NCBI GenBank assembly: GCA_951406725.2 | Contig: OX597820.1 | Coordinates: forward strand, 99,138,001 to 99,202,000 | DNA length: 64,000 bases | Source of the DNA: Octopus vulgaris | Taxonomy: Eukaryota | Direction: 5' to 3' | Shown: positions 24,033 through 38,554 of the stretch, in pieces | Layout of the letters: the number at the start of each line of letters is the position of its first letter | Position numbering within the stretch: the stretch's first letter is position 1 | Position numbers and translations under genes: made by a program | The notes under the pieces: generated by a model | The model's input: only the letters and a program-made list of their open reading frames with translations | Told to the model about the DNA's origin: nothing | Database searches by the model: none

Positions 24033-24198
24033 AGGCGTAGGAGTGGCTGTGTGGTAAGTAACTTGCTTACCAACCACATGGTTCCGGGTTCAGTCCCACT
24101 GCATGGCACCTTGGGCAAGTGTCTTCTGCTATAGCCTCAGGCCGACCAAAGCCTTGTGAGTGGATTTGGTAGACGGAAACTGAAAGACGCCCGTCGTA

Positions 24199-24254
<56 letters not shown>

Positions 24255-25047
24255 TGTACGTTGTCAAAGAGAGAAGAGCAAAGACTGGTAACGGCTCAAA
24301 GAGCCATGGAAAGGTCAATGCTTGGTATCTCGTTGAGAGAGCACATAAATAGCAAGATCATCAGAAAGAAGTCCGGCGTGAGAGACGTCATCGCAGAGTA
24401 TACTCGCAGCAAGTATAGATGGGCTGGACATGTCGCCCGGCTCACCGATAATCGGTGGACGCACGCAGTTGTCGAGTGGTACTCGTGTTAGCGGAAAAGA
24501 CCACCCGGAAGACCTCCACGATGGTGGAGTGACGATTTCAAGAGGACGATTGGGATCACGTGGATGAGAAAGGCGCGATCCAGAGAGGAGTGGACAGCGT
24601 GCTGTGACCAGCGGTGTCAAATGGACGCCTGACGGACTGGTCGGTCAAAGTGATCAAAGTGAAAGTGATATATGCATGTGTGTGTGTATACGTTTGTGTA
24701 TCTGTGTTTGTCCCCCCAACATCGCCTGACAACCGATGGTGGTGTGTTACGTTCCCATAACTTAGCGGTTCGGCAAAAGAGACTGATAGAATAAGTACTA
24801 GGCTTACAAAGAATGGCGTTAGGAAGGGCATCCAGCTGTAGAAACACTGCCAGATCAGACTGGAGCCTGGTGCAGCCTCCTGGCTTCCCAGACCCCAGGT
24901 CGAACTGTCCAACCCATGCTAGCATGGAGAACGGACGTTAAATGATGATGATGATGATGATGAAGTCCTGGGGGTGATTTGCTCGACTAAAGGCGGTGCT
25001 CCAGCATGGCCACAGTCAAATGACTGAAACAAGTAAAAGAGTAAAAG
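24033..25047 (+). mobile_element. SINE family A carrying two nested insertions: an RTE LINE 3' fragment (about 24252-24667) and a family C retroposon (24814-24962)
   Basis: The SINE sequence resumes after each insert; the RTE fragment encodes AQRAMERSMLGISLREHI...KYRWAGHVAR. Confidence 0.82.
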
Positions 25048-25450
25048 ACTTAATAAAGTAACTTAAGATGCTTCTCAGCTGCATTGGGTTTAATTTTATT
25101 AGCCACTACGATGTCTAAGGTGCTGAAAGTTAACATCAGGGATTTACTTCAACTTCAATAGATACAGCATAAATCAACCGAATCAGTATCACTGAAGAGA
25201 ACAATATTGCTTCAGTAGAATCTCTACAACTTTGACTTAGCACCAATAAATGAAACAGAAACCTTTGCTTCTTAACTATAAAGAATAGAACACTCAGGAG
25301 GTTGTGTTTAATTTTCTGAATGGTCCAACGGTTTATCTAGGAGCTTCTTTATTAATGATAGTAATCCTCATGCAGTTCTGAAGATATATTTTTCGTTCGA
25401 GCATTGTTATTGCCGTCTGCTGCTAGCAGTATACATACATACACGCATGA

Positions 25451-25481
<31 letters not shown>

Positions 25482-27345
25482 TACATATACACACACACAT
25501 ACATACATACACACATACATACACGCACACATGCATACACACATACATGTGTTTGTATACACACATACTCAAAGCGTACTCAATACATGCAGTAGAGTAT
25601 AATTATTTGTATGAAACTGGTGAGTCACTTCATTGCTAAACTACTTAGAATTTCTCGTTCAGTACGATCTATCAGACGAGTAGAGAGAGATGATCGTATA
25701 TTCTGAAGGATCGGGTCGAGAAAGAAACAATCAGTACCGACAGAGTAAATCGACAGTTTTATATAAGTGTTTGTGTACATGCCCCTAAATCGTGTGTACA
25801 ATAATATTCATACACATATCTTATAAGGGCAAGGTAACATGCAACACACACAGACTACCATTGAAAAATTGTGGTTACTGTGAGTGCAAAATGAGGTGGT
25901 GACTGCGGACAAGTTCCGTTGATGTATAGCCACAACCCAGCCTTGATTAAGCAGACGTATGACCAAAAGCATTCTAATCGTGACCATCCAGTTTTGTTTT
26001 CAAGTTACACTGTGCAATGTACCGCCTTTTTTTTTTTTTTTTTTTTCTTTGAGGCGGTAGAGTGTAGTTTGAAGGAAATTTGCTTGTCATGTCAAACAGA
26101 TCGAATAACTACGTGGGTCGTAGCGAAGAGATTAGAAGATAGCAGTTAGGTGACAGAGAAACGGGTGGATGGTTGGCTAGTTTCTGTACCAGTCATAATG
26201 GGTTAGTTAAGGGTAACTGTGATATGACACATTTCTGAAGCAATCTGATATAACGAACCTAGTTTCAATGATTCTAAAACAACGATATGAAATTAACATA
26301 CCGAAATACAATTAGAAATAACAATACTGTTATTTAGATTAATCTTTTCTGAAAGTTATTTGATAGTTATGATTAAAATTATAATTCTGTTGATCAGAAA
26401 ACATGTTTAACCCCAGATCAGTCCTAACTCAATAAACCTGATCAAAAGTGTTCCTCACATGACTATCCACCACCTCATCGCTTTTTTTTTGGGGGGGGGG
26501 GTTATCCTTTCTCAAAAAGGGTGTGATTTTAGATAGATACTGCTGCTGTTTATAGCAAATCAAGTAATCACTTTTGAGGTCTGTAGAAAGCTGTGTAAGA
26601 ACAAGGTAAAACTGGAAATTTACAAAGATAAAAAGATATGAGGAAGGGATAGATAAGGGCTTACAAAGGTGCCAGAGTATTTTGAAAACAAGGCCACTTA
26701 TCGCTCTCTCTCTATCTATCTATCTATCTATCTACCCACACACAGACACAAATTCTTTAATACTATTTTTCCATACATACTCAAACGTGTCTACGTATGT
26801 AATATTTGTGTATGTCCAGATTTTTCCATTTACTCACTAATTAGTTACGTTTTGTGGCAATATGCTTGTTTTCATTTAAACACACCCACTAACGCAAATA
26901 TTTACGCATACACATATTGTATGTGTGAGCGTGTACATGTATCTCTTTAAAAAAGATGTGTGTGTGTGTGAGAGATTATGCGTACGCATGTGTATGAGCA
27001 AAAATGATCTATATGACCATATGTTTGTTTGTTTCTGTTGAAATATACGTAAACGTAAACACATTATATTTTCCGATAAAAGCATTTATTTATTACAGTT
27101 ATCGACCATGAGATACGATCATATCGTGGAGGAAAAAAACACTCATAAATGTGATGAACAATGTTTTGGAAGTTACATACAGAATGCAAGCATGTGTCAA
27201 TTTCTTCCTCAAAAAAAAAAAAAAACCATCTACTCTCACTCCCCCCCTCTCTCTCGCTCTCATTAATTTTCCTTCGTCCTCTCACTCTATCATTCTTTCT
27301 TTCTCATTAATTTTCCTACATCTTCTCGCTCTCTCTCTTTAATCA

Positions 27346-27389
<44 letters not shown>

Positions 27390-27524
27390 TCTCTATCACA
27401 TACATACTTACATACTCATATGCACACATACTCACACTCACTGACATTTCTTCATACAAATACTCATTCCCTAATGAATTTCTGTGGCCCATAATCATGA
27501 ATATAAAATCACAGATGCATACAT

Positions 27525-27556
<32 letters not shown>

Positions 27557-27590
27557 GCATCGAATAAAATGAGGGCATGAATTTACTCAC

Positions 27591-27900
27591 GGGGAAGATG
27601 ACAAGAACTGATCGTTCCAGAGACCAGTGTTTGATCTAAACTGTCGGATTCGGTTTTTCAAACTGCTTTTGTTCTTAAAGACTTTTGTTTTTTTTTACGT
27701 TTGTTTGTTTGACACTTTAGTTTAACTTTTTTCTCTTTTCTTTAAAGTATGGTGTTGGAATCTAGAACATATGTCGTATCTCCTTAGCACACCAGTTGGT
27801 TTAAGGATCGCTTTGGAGAGGGAAAAAAACCGCCACGGCAACAATAATAACAAGAATAATGTCTACTACTACTACTACTACTATTGCTGCTACTGTCACT
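27591..27900 (-). other. Probable non-coding first (5'UTR) exon of the HMGB gene; 5' end uncertain
   Basis: Strong donor GTGAGTAA at 27590 after non-repetitive sequence; HMGB genes usually have a non-coding first exon. Confidence 0.5.
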
Positions 27901-29068
27901 ACTATAACTAAAGAACAAGTAAGCACTGCCAACTCCTCCTCTGTTAGCACTCCGTGTTCATAAAAGCACCTGCCCTACTCTTTCAACACCGCCAACCACT
28001 ATAACCTAAGTTCTTTCTGTATTCTCTCATATTGTTTTTCCTGTCCTTTCTTCCTTCACTCACGCACATACACTCTCACACATACGTACATTCTCTATTT
28101 ATTTCTCTATTTTTCAATCTTTTTTCCCTCTCTCATTCGTTCACACATACACACACACACTCTTTCACTGATTTTTTTCTGTCTATATTTATCTCTTACT
28201 GTCCTCTTTCTTATAAATAAAATAGATACTTTTCTCTTTTTTTCCTCGTACACACACACATTTCTTTCTTCATCACTTGTTTAATGCACATTTACTTCTA
28301 TATACTATCTTTGTGCGCCTGTACATTTTATCTGTTCCTTCCCCTTTTTTTTTCCCTCTCTTTCACTCACATTACACAACCATCTTCTCTGTCTCAATTC
28401 TTTTTCTCTCACACACACACATTGTTAACACTCTCTGTCGCACTCACTCTTATCATCCCTCACATTTTCTGACTCTGTCTTTCTCTTACCTTCACTCACA
28501 TCAACCCCCCCTACCGTCTCTGATCTCTTTCTCTAACTCTCTCTCACTTCATCAACTACCATTTTTTAACTCACACTCTCACTCTCCGTCACATCAGTCA
28601 GCCACCGTATTCTTTTATCTTTCTCTTTCTCTTTCATTCACCCCCAACCTCAACTACGTTTTCTGATTCTCTCTCTCTCTCTCGCTCTATCTGTCACTTT
28701 CCTCTTATCAGCAAATTTCATGACTCCTTCTCTTTCTCTTTCACACACATCATGAACCACATTTTCTCTTTCTCTCTCTCTCTCTCCACGTTCACTGTCT
28801 GCTTTTTTTTCTCTCTTCGTTACATCAACAACCACTTTCTCTAATTCTCTCACTTATTTCATACAACCACCTTATTTAAATTCTCATTTACACTCATAGA
28901 AATTCATAAACATTCCTAATGCTATTTATTCTCGTTTCTTCCTCATCTTGTATCTTCAACCCGGACACTATACTTTATACGGTTTTTTTTTCCCATGATT
29001 ATTCAGCAATCTAATAGATTTCCATAATAATCATCCTTAAAGAAAATATTCACGTCTTTTGTCAAGAA

Positions 29069-29646
<578 letters not shown>

Positions 29647-30235
29647 GAAAACAGCCACTCTTACAACAATTTTAATGCTATTAAACTTCCCTTTTTTTTT
29701 TTCTTTTTTCATTCAAGATGAGTTGCATGTCTGCTGTACTGAAAGATAAAAGAAAACAAAATTGAAAGAAATTTACACTTTTTTTATTGCCAACTAATAC
29801 ATCTTTCTCTAATGATTCGTAATATGGCACATTAAATTATCTTCTCTCTTTATCTGTCTACATTATCAAAATATTTTTGACTTATCAAAATAAATAGCTT
29901 TCAGTTTTTTGTTAATATCTATGTTGATTTCCTTATTTCTATCTTTCAGTCTTTTAATCTAGATAAAGTAGATATTTTTATGTATGTGATTAAATCCTTT
30001 ATAATATTCTTTATTTATTTTCTTATTTTCTGTATCGTATTCCGAAAGTGTCTAGAAGCTTTATCCTGTTTTGTATCTAGACATTTTTGCATCGTAAGTA
30101 TAATTTGTTACAATGACGACTTCAATAATAATAAAAAGGCTGACGCACCAAACCTCAAACTGCAAGATCTATTTAATTACATTGTGTGAGTGTGTGTTAA
30201 TATTTCATAACTTTTAGACATGTCTTTCATCTTCT

Positions 30236-30810
30236 ACATGTTTCAGTCATTGAACTGCGGCGATACTGGGGCACCGCCTCTGCCGAACCGCTAAGTTGCG
30301 AGGGAAGTAAACAAACCAGCACCGGTTGCCGGGGACGAATTTAAGCACACGCTCATACACACATTTTTAAACGTTTCAACCAAAGGCTGTGACCATGCTG
30401 AAGCACATATACGACGGGCTTCTTTCAGTTTCCGTCCACCAAATCCACTCAAGACTTTGGGCGGCCCGAGGTTATATTTGAAGACACGAGCTGGCAGAAA
30501 CGTTAGCGCGCCGGGAAAAATGTTTAGCGATATTTCGTCAGCCGTTACGTTCTGAGTTCAAATTCCGCCGAGTTCCACTTTACCTTTCATCCTTTCAGGG
30601 TCGATAAATAAAGTACTAGTTACGCACTGGGGTAGATGTAATCGACTTAATCCCTTTGTCTGTTGTTCTTGTTTGTCCCTTCTATGTTTAGCCCCTTGTG
30701 GGCAATAAAAAAATATATATTTGAAGACACTTGCCCAAGGTATCACGCGGTGGAACTGAACCCAGCCAGAACCAGGTAGTTAAGAAGCAAACTTCTTAAC
30801 AAACAGCCAC
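30236..30810. mobile_element. Decayed SINE A (minus strand) with a SINE B (plus strand, 30486-30715) inserted
   Basis: ATATTTGAAGACAC occurs on both sides of the insert, consistent with a target-site duplication. Confidence 0.75.
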
Positions 30811-31465
30811 AGAGTATTAAATCAAAACAGTATATTATGTATCTAAAATAAATATAAATTAGTGCTAACATAATCAGGACGTTTTAATTAATTTAAATTA
30901 AACGTAGCGTAGAAGAAAAAATAAATTAACTTAATAAATTCTGTTCAAGAAGGGTAGGGGAGACAAATCAAATTCGATGACTGGCATCCGTGCTAGTGGA
31001 GTGCTAAGAGTACCATACAAGTGTGATCGTTGCCAGAGGAACAAGCTGGCCTCCGTGCTGATGGCACGTAAATACCACCATTCGAGCGTGATCGTTACCT
31101 GCAACGCCTTATTGGCACTTGTGCTGGTGGCACGTGAAAAAATATTCGAGCAAAGTTCTTGCCAGTGCCGCTGGACTGGCTCCTGTGCAGGTGACACATA
31201 AAAAGCACCATTTGAGCGTGGCCGTTGCCAGTACCGCCTGACTGGCCCTCGTTCCGGTGGCACGTAAAAGCACCCACTACACTCTCGGAGTGGTTGGTGT
31301 TAGGAAGGGCATCCAGCCGTAGAAACCCCAGATCAGATTGGATTCTGGTGCAGCCATCTGGTTCGCCAGACCTCAGTCAAATCGTCCAACCCATGCTAGC
31401 ATGAAAAGCTGTTGTTAAACGATGATGATGTGATGATATATATATATATATATAACAATTGCAGC

Positions 31466-31746
31466 GTGGAAGGTGTTTATAAGCCATTTAAGAAACACAC
31501 AAAAACCGTTAGAACCACTTCAACATTTAAATTTAATTTGTCAAAATATTTTCGTCGCTTTGAGACCGTGACCTGTTAAATGACAAAATTCCATGCTGTA
31601 AAATTCCGAGATGCAGCATGGAATTTTGTCAGTGAACAGGTTGCGGTCTCAAAGCGATGAAAATATTTTGACAAATTAAATTTAAATGTTGAAGTGAACC
31701 TAACGGTTTTTGTGTGTTTCTTAAATGGCTTATACACACCTTCCAC
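31466..31746. repeat. Long inverted repeat (about 133-bp arms, 15-nt loop), possibly derived from a Penelope-like terminus
   Basis: Arms at 31466-31598 and 31614-31746; a single-arm relative lies at about 18375-18515. Confidence 0.8.
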
Positions 31747-31782
31747 ACTCAGCACACGATCTCATATCAGGTCACATTTCCG

Positions 31783-31832
<50 letters not shown>

Positions 31833-31870
31833 CATAGCAAGTACATTTATATATCTATAAAACATCTCTT

Positions 31871-34800
31871 CTCTCTATATAAAAAACTGAGAATGTGTGT
31901 GTGTCTGTCTATCTGTCTGTGTGTTTCCTTAAAACTTGAGAACTACACAACCGATTTCATTCAAATTTTACGCATGCCTTACTTAAGGTCCGGGGAGTGT
32001 CATCGACAAAAAAATTTTAACTTTTTCCCTAGGACGACCCCACAGCAATATATCTTCTCCACTATTTCAGTATTACGTATTAAAAGTGAAGCAAAAACAT
32101 CTCTCTTTTGTAATGCAGACACTTTCACTTTAATACTGAAACTATTAAAGTGAAAGTATTATATAACAGGGATGAACCATTAACAGTGGTCATCCATTTT
32201 GCTAGAAGAAGATCCGCTATGGTCTTATATGCTACACCACTGGTTTTCAATTCATATTAATCAAATTACTATTCAATTTTTCACCCTTATTATGTGTGTG
32301 TGTGTGTATTAGCAATTCGTATAAAATTGCATCAATGACTTGAACTTGAATAAGTGGTTTCACATAAATGGGGATAAATTAAAAAGGTTTGTTATTATTA
32401 TTATTACTGTTTGACTATTGTAATCACGTTTGTTGGTTCCTTGTCAGGGAAACGTTGTTGCGTTGCATTTGCTAAATAATTGTGAGGATGGCTACCACAT
32501 CGGTCTACTACAGCAACATCCTCAAAATCTTAATGAACGTCTCAATAAGTCAATATCCTGCATGGACTTCTACTCATACAGATTTATAACCTGAAACAAC
32601 CGCTGTAATCACTTCCAGCAGTCTCGAGAGCTGTTTCATCAATTTGCAGTCGATATGTGCGCAAAAATGGAATCAGAGAGATTGTGTTTCATCAGGTTAC
32701 ATAAAAACAAATTGCGATCTGACAGCTACATCCATCTCCGAGATGCCATCAACAATAATGCTGCTCCAACAAACATAGGAAGACTTTGCATCTTGCCTTC
32801 TACATTCACAGGAAGTCCCCGATATATGCATGAAAGAACACAGGATGCAATGACCTTTGTCCGCCATTACGGCAGGCCTGACCTATTCATAACTTTCACG
32901 TGCAATCCCAAGTGGAAGGAGATTCAGGCCGAACTCTTCTTCGGTCAAAAGCCTAAAGACAGGCATGACCTCCTCGCTCGAGTTTTCCATCTGAAGTAAA
33001 TTTCTCTCATTGAGCTCATACAAAAAGGGCAAGTCTTTGGGCCCATACAATGTGACATGTACACAATCGAGTGGCAAAAAAGGGGCATTCCACATGCTCA
33101 TATCCTGCTTTGGCTCTCAGCGAAGATCAATTCCAATGACATCGACAAGATAATCTCTGCAGAGCTTCCTGATCCAGCTTTAGACAAAGTACTATACGAA
33201 ATAGTTAAAGCAAACATGGTACATGGTCCATGTGGGCGTGGATTCAACATAAACTCACCATGCTTGAAGGACAGCATATATTCAAAAAGATTTCCAAGGA
33301 GGTTCCTACAAGAAACTCAGACAGGTGCTGATGGGTATCCATCATACAGACGCAGAAAACCAGAAGACGGAGGTTTCACAGCAACTATCGGACAGTACGA
33401 TATTAATAATAGATGGATTGTTCCATACTGCCCACTCCTGTCAAAGACTTGCAATGCCCACATCAACGTTGAGTTTTGCAACTCCGTTAAATCCATCAAG
33501 TACGTTTGCAAATATGTAAACAAGGGTTCTGACGCTGCAATGTTTGGACTTCAGCAAGCATACGGCCAGGATGAGGTGACGCATTATCAGGTGGGACGGT
33601 ACATAAGTTAGCAACGAGGCTTTCTGGCGCATCTTTGGCTTTCCAATTCACCAACGACACCCCGCCATTCAACAGCTTGCAGTGCACCTGGAAAATGGTC
33701 AAAGAGTGTACTACACCGATGCTAATGCTTCTCTGTTGGCAGAGGAACCAAGGGATAGCACACTCACTGCATTCTTCAAGCTTTGTCAAGTGGATCCATT
33801 CGCTCAAACCTTGCTGTATCCACAGATTCCATCGTACTACACTTGGAATGGAAAAAAATGGGCCCCACGGAAAGCAAGTCAAAATGTTCATGGATACCTT
33901 GGCATTAAGTTTCACACTTGCCTTGGGCGAGTATACACAGTGCATCCCACTCAACAAGAGTGCTTCTACCTTCATCTACTACTGCATGAGGTCAGAGGGC
34001 CAACGTCTTTCCAGGCCCTAAAAACCGTTCATAGACATGTCTGCACAACATACAGAGAAGCCTGCTATCGACAAGGTCTGTTAGAAGATGGTGCACAATG
34101 GGATGCAACTTTAGGAGAGGCTGCTTTATCACAATCACCTAAAAGTCTCAGGACACTATTTGCAGTATTACTACAGTCATGCGAACTGTGTGATCCGGCC
34201 ACTCTATGGCTCAAATATAGAGACAACCTGGTTGAAGACTTTCAGCGCCAAGCTCAACTGCTCTATCCTGACATGTAGGGTATCAACAATGAAATCTATA
34301 ACAAAACACTCATTGACATTGAAGACAGAATTGCTAAACTGGGTGGAAATGAATTGTCGACGTATGGCCTGCCACAAGCATTCAGATCAGGGTCAAATAG
34401 CCTTCCCACTGCTGTCATTCGTGAAACAACCTACGACACTCAAGCGCTTTCAAAGTACATTGTTGAAAATTAGCCTAAATTACTTCCGTACCAGCTGCAG
34501 GCCTACAGAACTATTCTTAACAGTGTACGCCAACGCGAGGGACGAATCTTCTTCTTCGATGCTCCTGGAGGGACAGGAAAAACATTTATTACAAAGCTTC
34601 TCCTTGCAGAAGTTAGACAGCATCAGGACATTGCAGTAGCTGTAGCCTCCTCTATCATTGCAGCTACTTTGTTACCCTGTGGCAGGACAGCACACTCAAC
34701 TTTTAAACTCCTTCTCAATTTAGCAGCATCCGAAATGCCTTCATGCAACATCAACAAAAGCTCAGATCAGGGACAAGTACTTAAAATCTGTCATCTAATT

Positions 34801-35222
34801 GTCTGGGGTGAGTGCACTATGGCTCACAAGGGAGCTTTGGAAACATTAGATGAGTCCTGAAAGACATCCGAGACTGTCAGGCTCCAATGGGAGGTGTAAC
34901 GCTTCTGTTGTCAGGTGATATCAGGCAAACTTTTCTTGCCATTCCGAAAGGCACAAGAGCAGATGAAGTCCAAGCATGCCTAAAGTCCTCTACCCTGTGG
35001 CATCAAGTTACAATCCTCAGTCTCACCACTAACATGAGAGCTCATCTACACGGCGACAAAATGTCCACAAAGTTTGCACAGGACATTTTGACACTTGGTG
35101 AAGGCAACATGCCTCATGATGCTGCAGGACAAATGGAAGAGTGGTCATTTTCCTCTGTTGTTAATTATGTAGATGACCTCATAAACAAAGTCTTTCCCAA
35201 CTTCACACAAAACTACCAAAAT
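31871..35222 (+). mobile_element. Helitron with a decayed RepHel gene (about 32490-35222), 3' truncated
   Basis: 5' TCTCTATATAAAA; Rep motifs GRPDLFITFTCNPKW, IEWQKRGIPHAHILLW and KYVCKYVNKG; PIF1-like helicase motifs DAPGGTGKTF, GRTAHSTFKL and LLSGDIRQ; stops and frameshifts. Confidence 0.92.
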
Positions 35223-35224
35223 CA

Positions 35225-35290
35225 CGGTTCGGTCCGGTCCGGTTCGGTTCGGTTCGGTTCGGTTCGGTTCGGTCCGGTCCGGTCCGGTTC
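35225..35290. repeat. (GGTYC)n pentanucleotide repeat at the Helitron/LINE junction
   Basis: About 13 units of GGTTC/GGTCC. Confidence 0.9.
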
Positions 35291-38200
35291 AGGGCCAGAG
35301 ATGAAATTGCTTGACTCTATACCTTTCAGCCTCGTCTTCCAAATCACCTCACTCGCAATTGCAACTACACTGAGAAAACAATTCTTACCTTCTTTCGAGA
35401 GGAAATCCGGTGGGTCAATTTTTATAATAGACTCAGTCGACAGCTGTACTCTTCGTGTGTTTGACAACAGTTGTTCGGCATAAACCCACACCTCTGACAC
35501 CTCCGGACATTGAACAATAGCGTGCGGGACGGTTTCCCTATCCCGCTCATATCTTGGACATGTTGGATTGCCTCGGCCACCACGCCTTGCGAGTTTGTCC
35601 CGAACAGGTAGAGCTCCTCTGTAACACTGCCATGCCAGAGACTTCTGAAAGTTGTCCAGGGTCTTCGGCCTGAATGTACGTCGGAACAGACTGGCCAGCT
35701 GATTATCATCGAGACCGAGGGTTTCCCCTAAAGTATCTTCTCATTTCGCCTCTATCAGCCCTGTATAAAAGAATGTGGTGGAACCCCCACCGCAGGCGTA
35801 GCCCGAGCGACGGAATAGCAGGATAACCTTGCAACACTCCGTAAACCATGTGCCCGGTTTCGATCTTCGATTCAACCAGGTTTCCCGTCCACCGAAACTA
35901 GTGAACTTGGGAAACATCAGTTTAGCCAGCGGAGACCACAACCGTTCACCATCCAGGTAGAGCCACAGATGCCTCAACCTCAGCGCATATCTGCGCATCA
36001 ACAGCCAAGGCATCCCTAGCCCACCCTTTAACGGTTGTTGACAGCAAGTAGAGCGTTTCACAAGCGGTTTCCAGCCCCTCCACAAAAAGTGAAAGAGATG
36101 TCTTTCCAGCTTGGTCAAGCACGAATCAGGGCAAGGAACGACGGATAGGCGGTAGGTAATGACCGATGCGATAAACACATTGGCTACCTCCGCCCTTCCT
36201 TTCAGGGATAGCCACCGCCAAGACCAGGTCTTGACTACTGCAGCCACCCTGCCCAATACCTCTATTTGGAAGTCTGGTCCAAACCAAACCTCTTGCAACT
36301 TAATCGGACCCTCTGTCCAACGTCCCACGACGCTGTCGGGAGGCATTGACTTGCCTCTCCAGGTGCTGAGCTGCAAGCCGACTGACTTTTCACGATTAAC
36401 TTTTGCTCCTGCCACCGTCTCGTAAACTTCTATGGCCTTGCCTACCCTCTGTAGGTGATCCATTTCGGTTACGATGATGGTGATGTCATCCGCGTAGGCT
36501 GACACCGATTTTCCACAACCTGGCTGTCTCGGGATGCCGCTCAATTTTCGCAGTAATGGCTCAAGAGCCATTACGTACTAAAGCGGGGAGAGCAGACACT
36601 CTTGACGAACCGAGCGCTTGATGTTGAACGGCTTCGAAAAGAAGCCGTTCACCCGAACTACCGAGTCGATGTTGTCATAAATCTGAATGATCGACCTGAG
36701 GAAGCCAAGGCCCAGGCCGAACTGTGCCAGAACGGACACCAGGTAGCGATGGTCGACCCTATCAAAAGTTTTAGATTGATCTAAATGGACCAGTGCCCCA
36801 TCCTTGCCAGAATCACTATTAAACCCCTCTAAAGTGTACCGCATAAGATGGAGTTTATTCTGAATGGTTCTGCCGGGAACGGCACATGTCTGTGCCTCCC
36901 CGATCAGACCATCCGCGACACGCGCCAATCTTTTCGATAACACTTTGGCCAAAATCTTCAACTCTGTGTTTAGCAGAGTGATGAGCCGGAAATTATCAAT
37001 ACAATCCCCCTTGTTCGGGTCCTTTCTGACAAGCGTCACTACTCCCCGGCGCACAGATCTGGGAATAAACCCGTTCTGCTGCCAGTTCGCGTAGACATCC
37101 GCCAGTAGGTGCCCGAACAGGTCTGGCATACTCTTATATAACTCATAGGGTAGACCATCCAGACCTGGCGCCTTACCCGCGCCGCAGTCCGCCATAGCCT
37201 CAGCCACATCCTCAGGCGTGATCGGCCCTTCACAGCTCTCCGCGTCTCGCCCCGATAGGCGCAGCAGCCCGTCGAGGAGGTCCGTAAAGTCCCTCCTACT
37301 GTCCGGTCCGCCGCCCCCACCGAAAAGCTGAGTGAAGTGCTCCTGAAAGTCCTCACACATCTCCTCGGGTTCGTCTATCAACTTACCTTGTTGGTTCGTC
37401 AAAGATCGAATTGTGGCATCATTACCACGTTGAGCCTCCACCACTCGGGCCCATCTCGCGGCGTTGATTCCCTCACAACCCATTGCGCGGATCCTAGCCC
37501 TGCCAATGCAGCCCATGTGTTTGGCCTCGAGGTGCTGGTTTAAAGCCAGTCTCTTGGCCGTCACCTGAGCCGCAGAGCCAGTTTTCATGGCTTCCTCTAA
37601 TTCCTTAACTAGAGTTGATCCCCTCCTAGCCTCTCTAGCCACTAATCCTGTGCTATATCTAATAGATTCGAATTTAATGGCTCGCTTGAGAGCATACCAC
37701 CATTTATTATTAATGATGGCACCAGACAGCGCCCTCTGAATCAAAGTCCTAATCCGGTCTCTGTACTCCTTAATCGCCAAAAGGGACGTATCTAAGTTTC
37801 CAATAACCGGAGCCTCTATTATATACCTTATCTATGTCAAGCTTACAGGTGACCATTTTATGATCACTGTAGCTGACCGGGTAAAACTGTGGACACTTAG
37901 CTATTTCTCTATCTGCTTTTCTAATTAGTATTCTATCTATGTAAGACCTGGAAGATCCGTCGCTACTTGACCATGTCCACAATGGAACGTTCGGAAATTC
38001 CAACCTATAAGGATCTGCTAGCTCAAAGCGTCTTAGCAGTTCCAGGAAGCCAGGGTTACCTTTTCTATCTATACGCGAGCCAACATAATCTACATCCGCC
38101 TTGTAAATTGTGTTATAGTCTCCTAGCATAACTAATGAATGTGAAGTACCAAGAAACTTCTCCAGCTCTCGAAAATACTCACTTTGCCCAGATGATGGGG

Positions 38201-38541
38201 GTGCATAAATTGCAACCAGACTGATAACTTTACCGTTACTGAACGTCAAATCCATGACGACCAGCCTACCTTCTGGATCTGAAAAAATTAACTTTTTCTC
38301 AAAAACCCGGTCTCTTTTTAATAGGACCAACACCCCACTCCCGCTGGCAGGACTAACCGGAGAGAAAAAAACTCACGTAGCCGTTAAACAGCGGGAGCAG
38401 ATCTCTTGGCCCCTCTAACTGGGTTTCTGTAGCAACAATGACATCCAAATTCCGTGACCTGATATCATTAAGGAAGCGACCCTGCATCCAGCTTGATCTC
38501 AGGCCACGCACATTTATACAACCGACGTAAATATTAGCCAT
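35291..38541 (-). pseudogene. LINE ORF2, endonuclease plus reverse transcriptase
   Basis: Pieces 38541-38353, 38333-37770, 37780-36578 and 36571-35741 carry EN and RT motifs. Confidence 0.88.
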
Positions 38542-38554
38542 GACTTACCTCATA

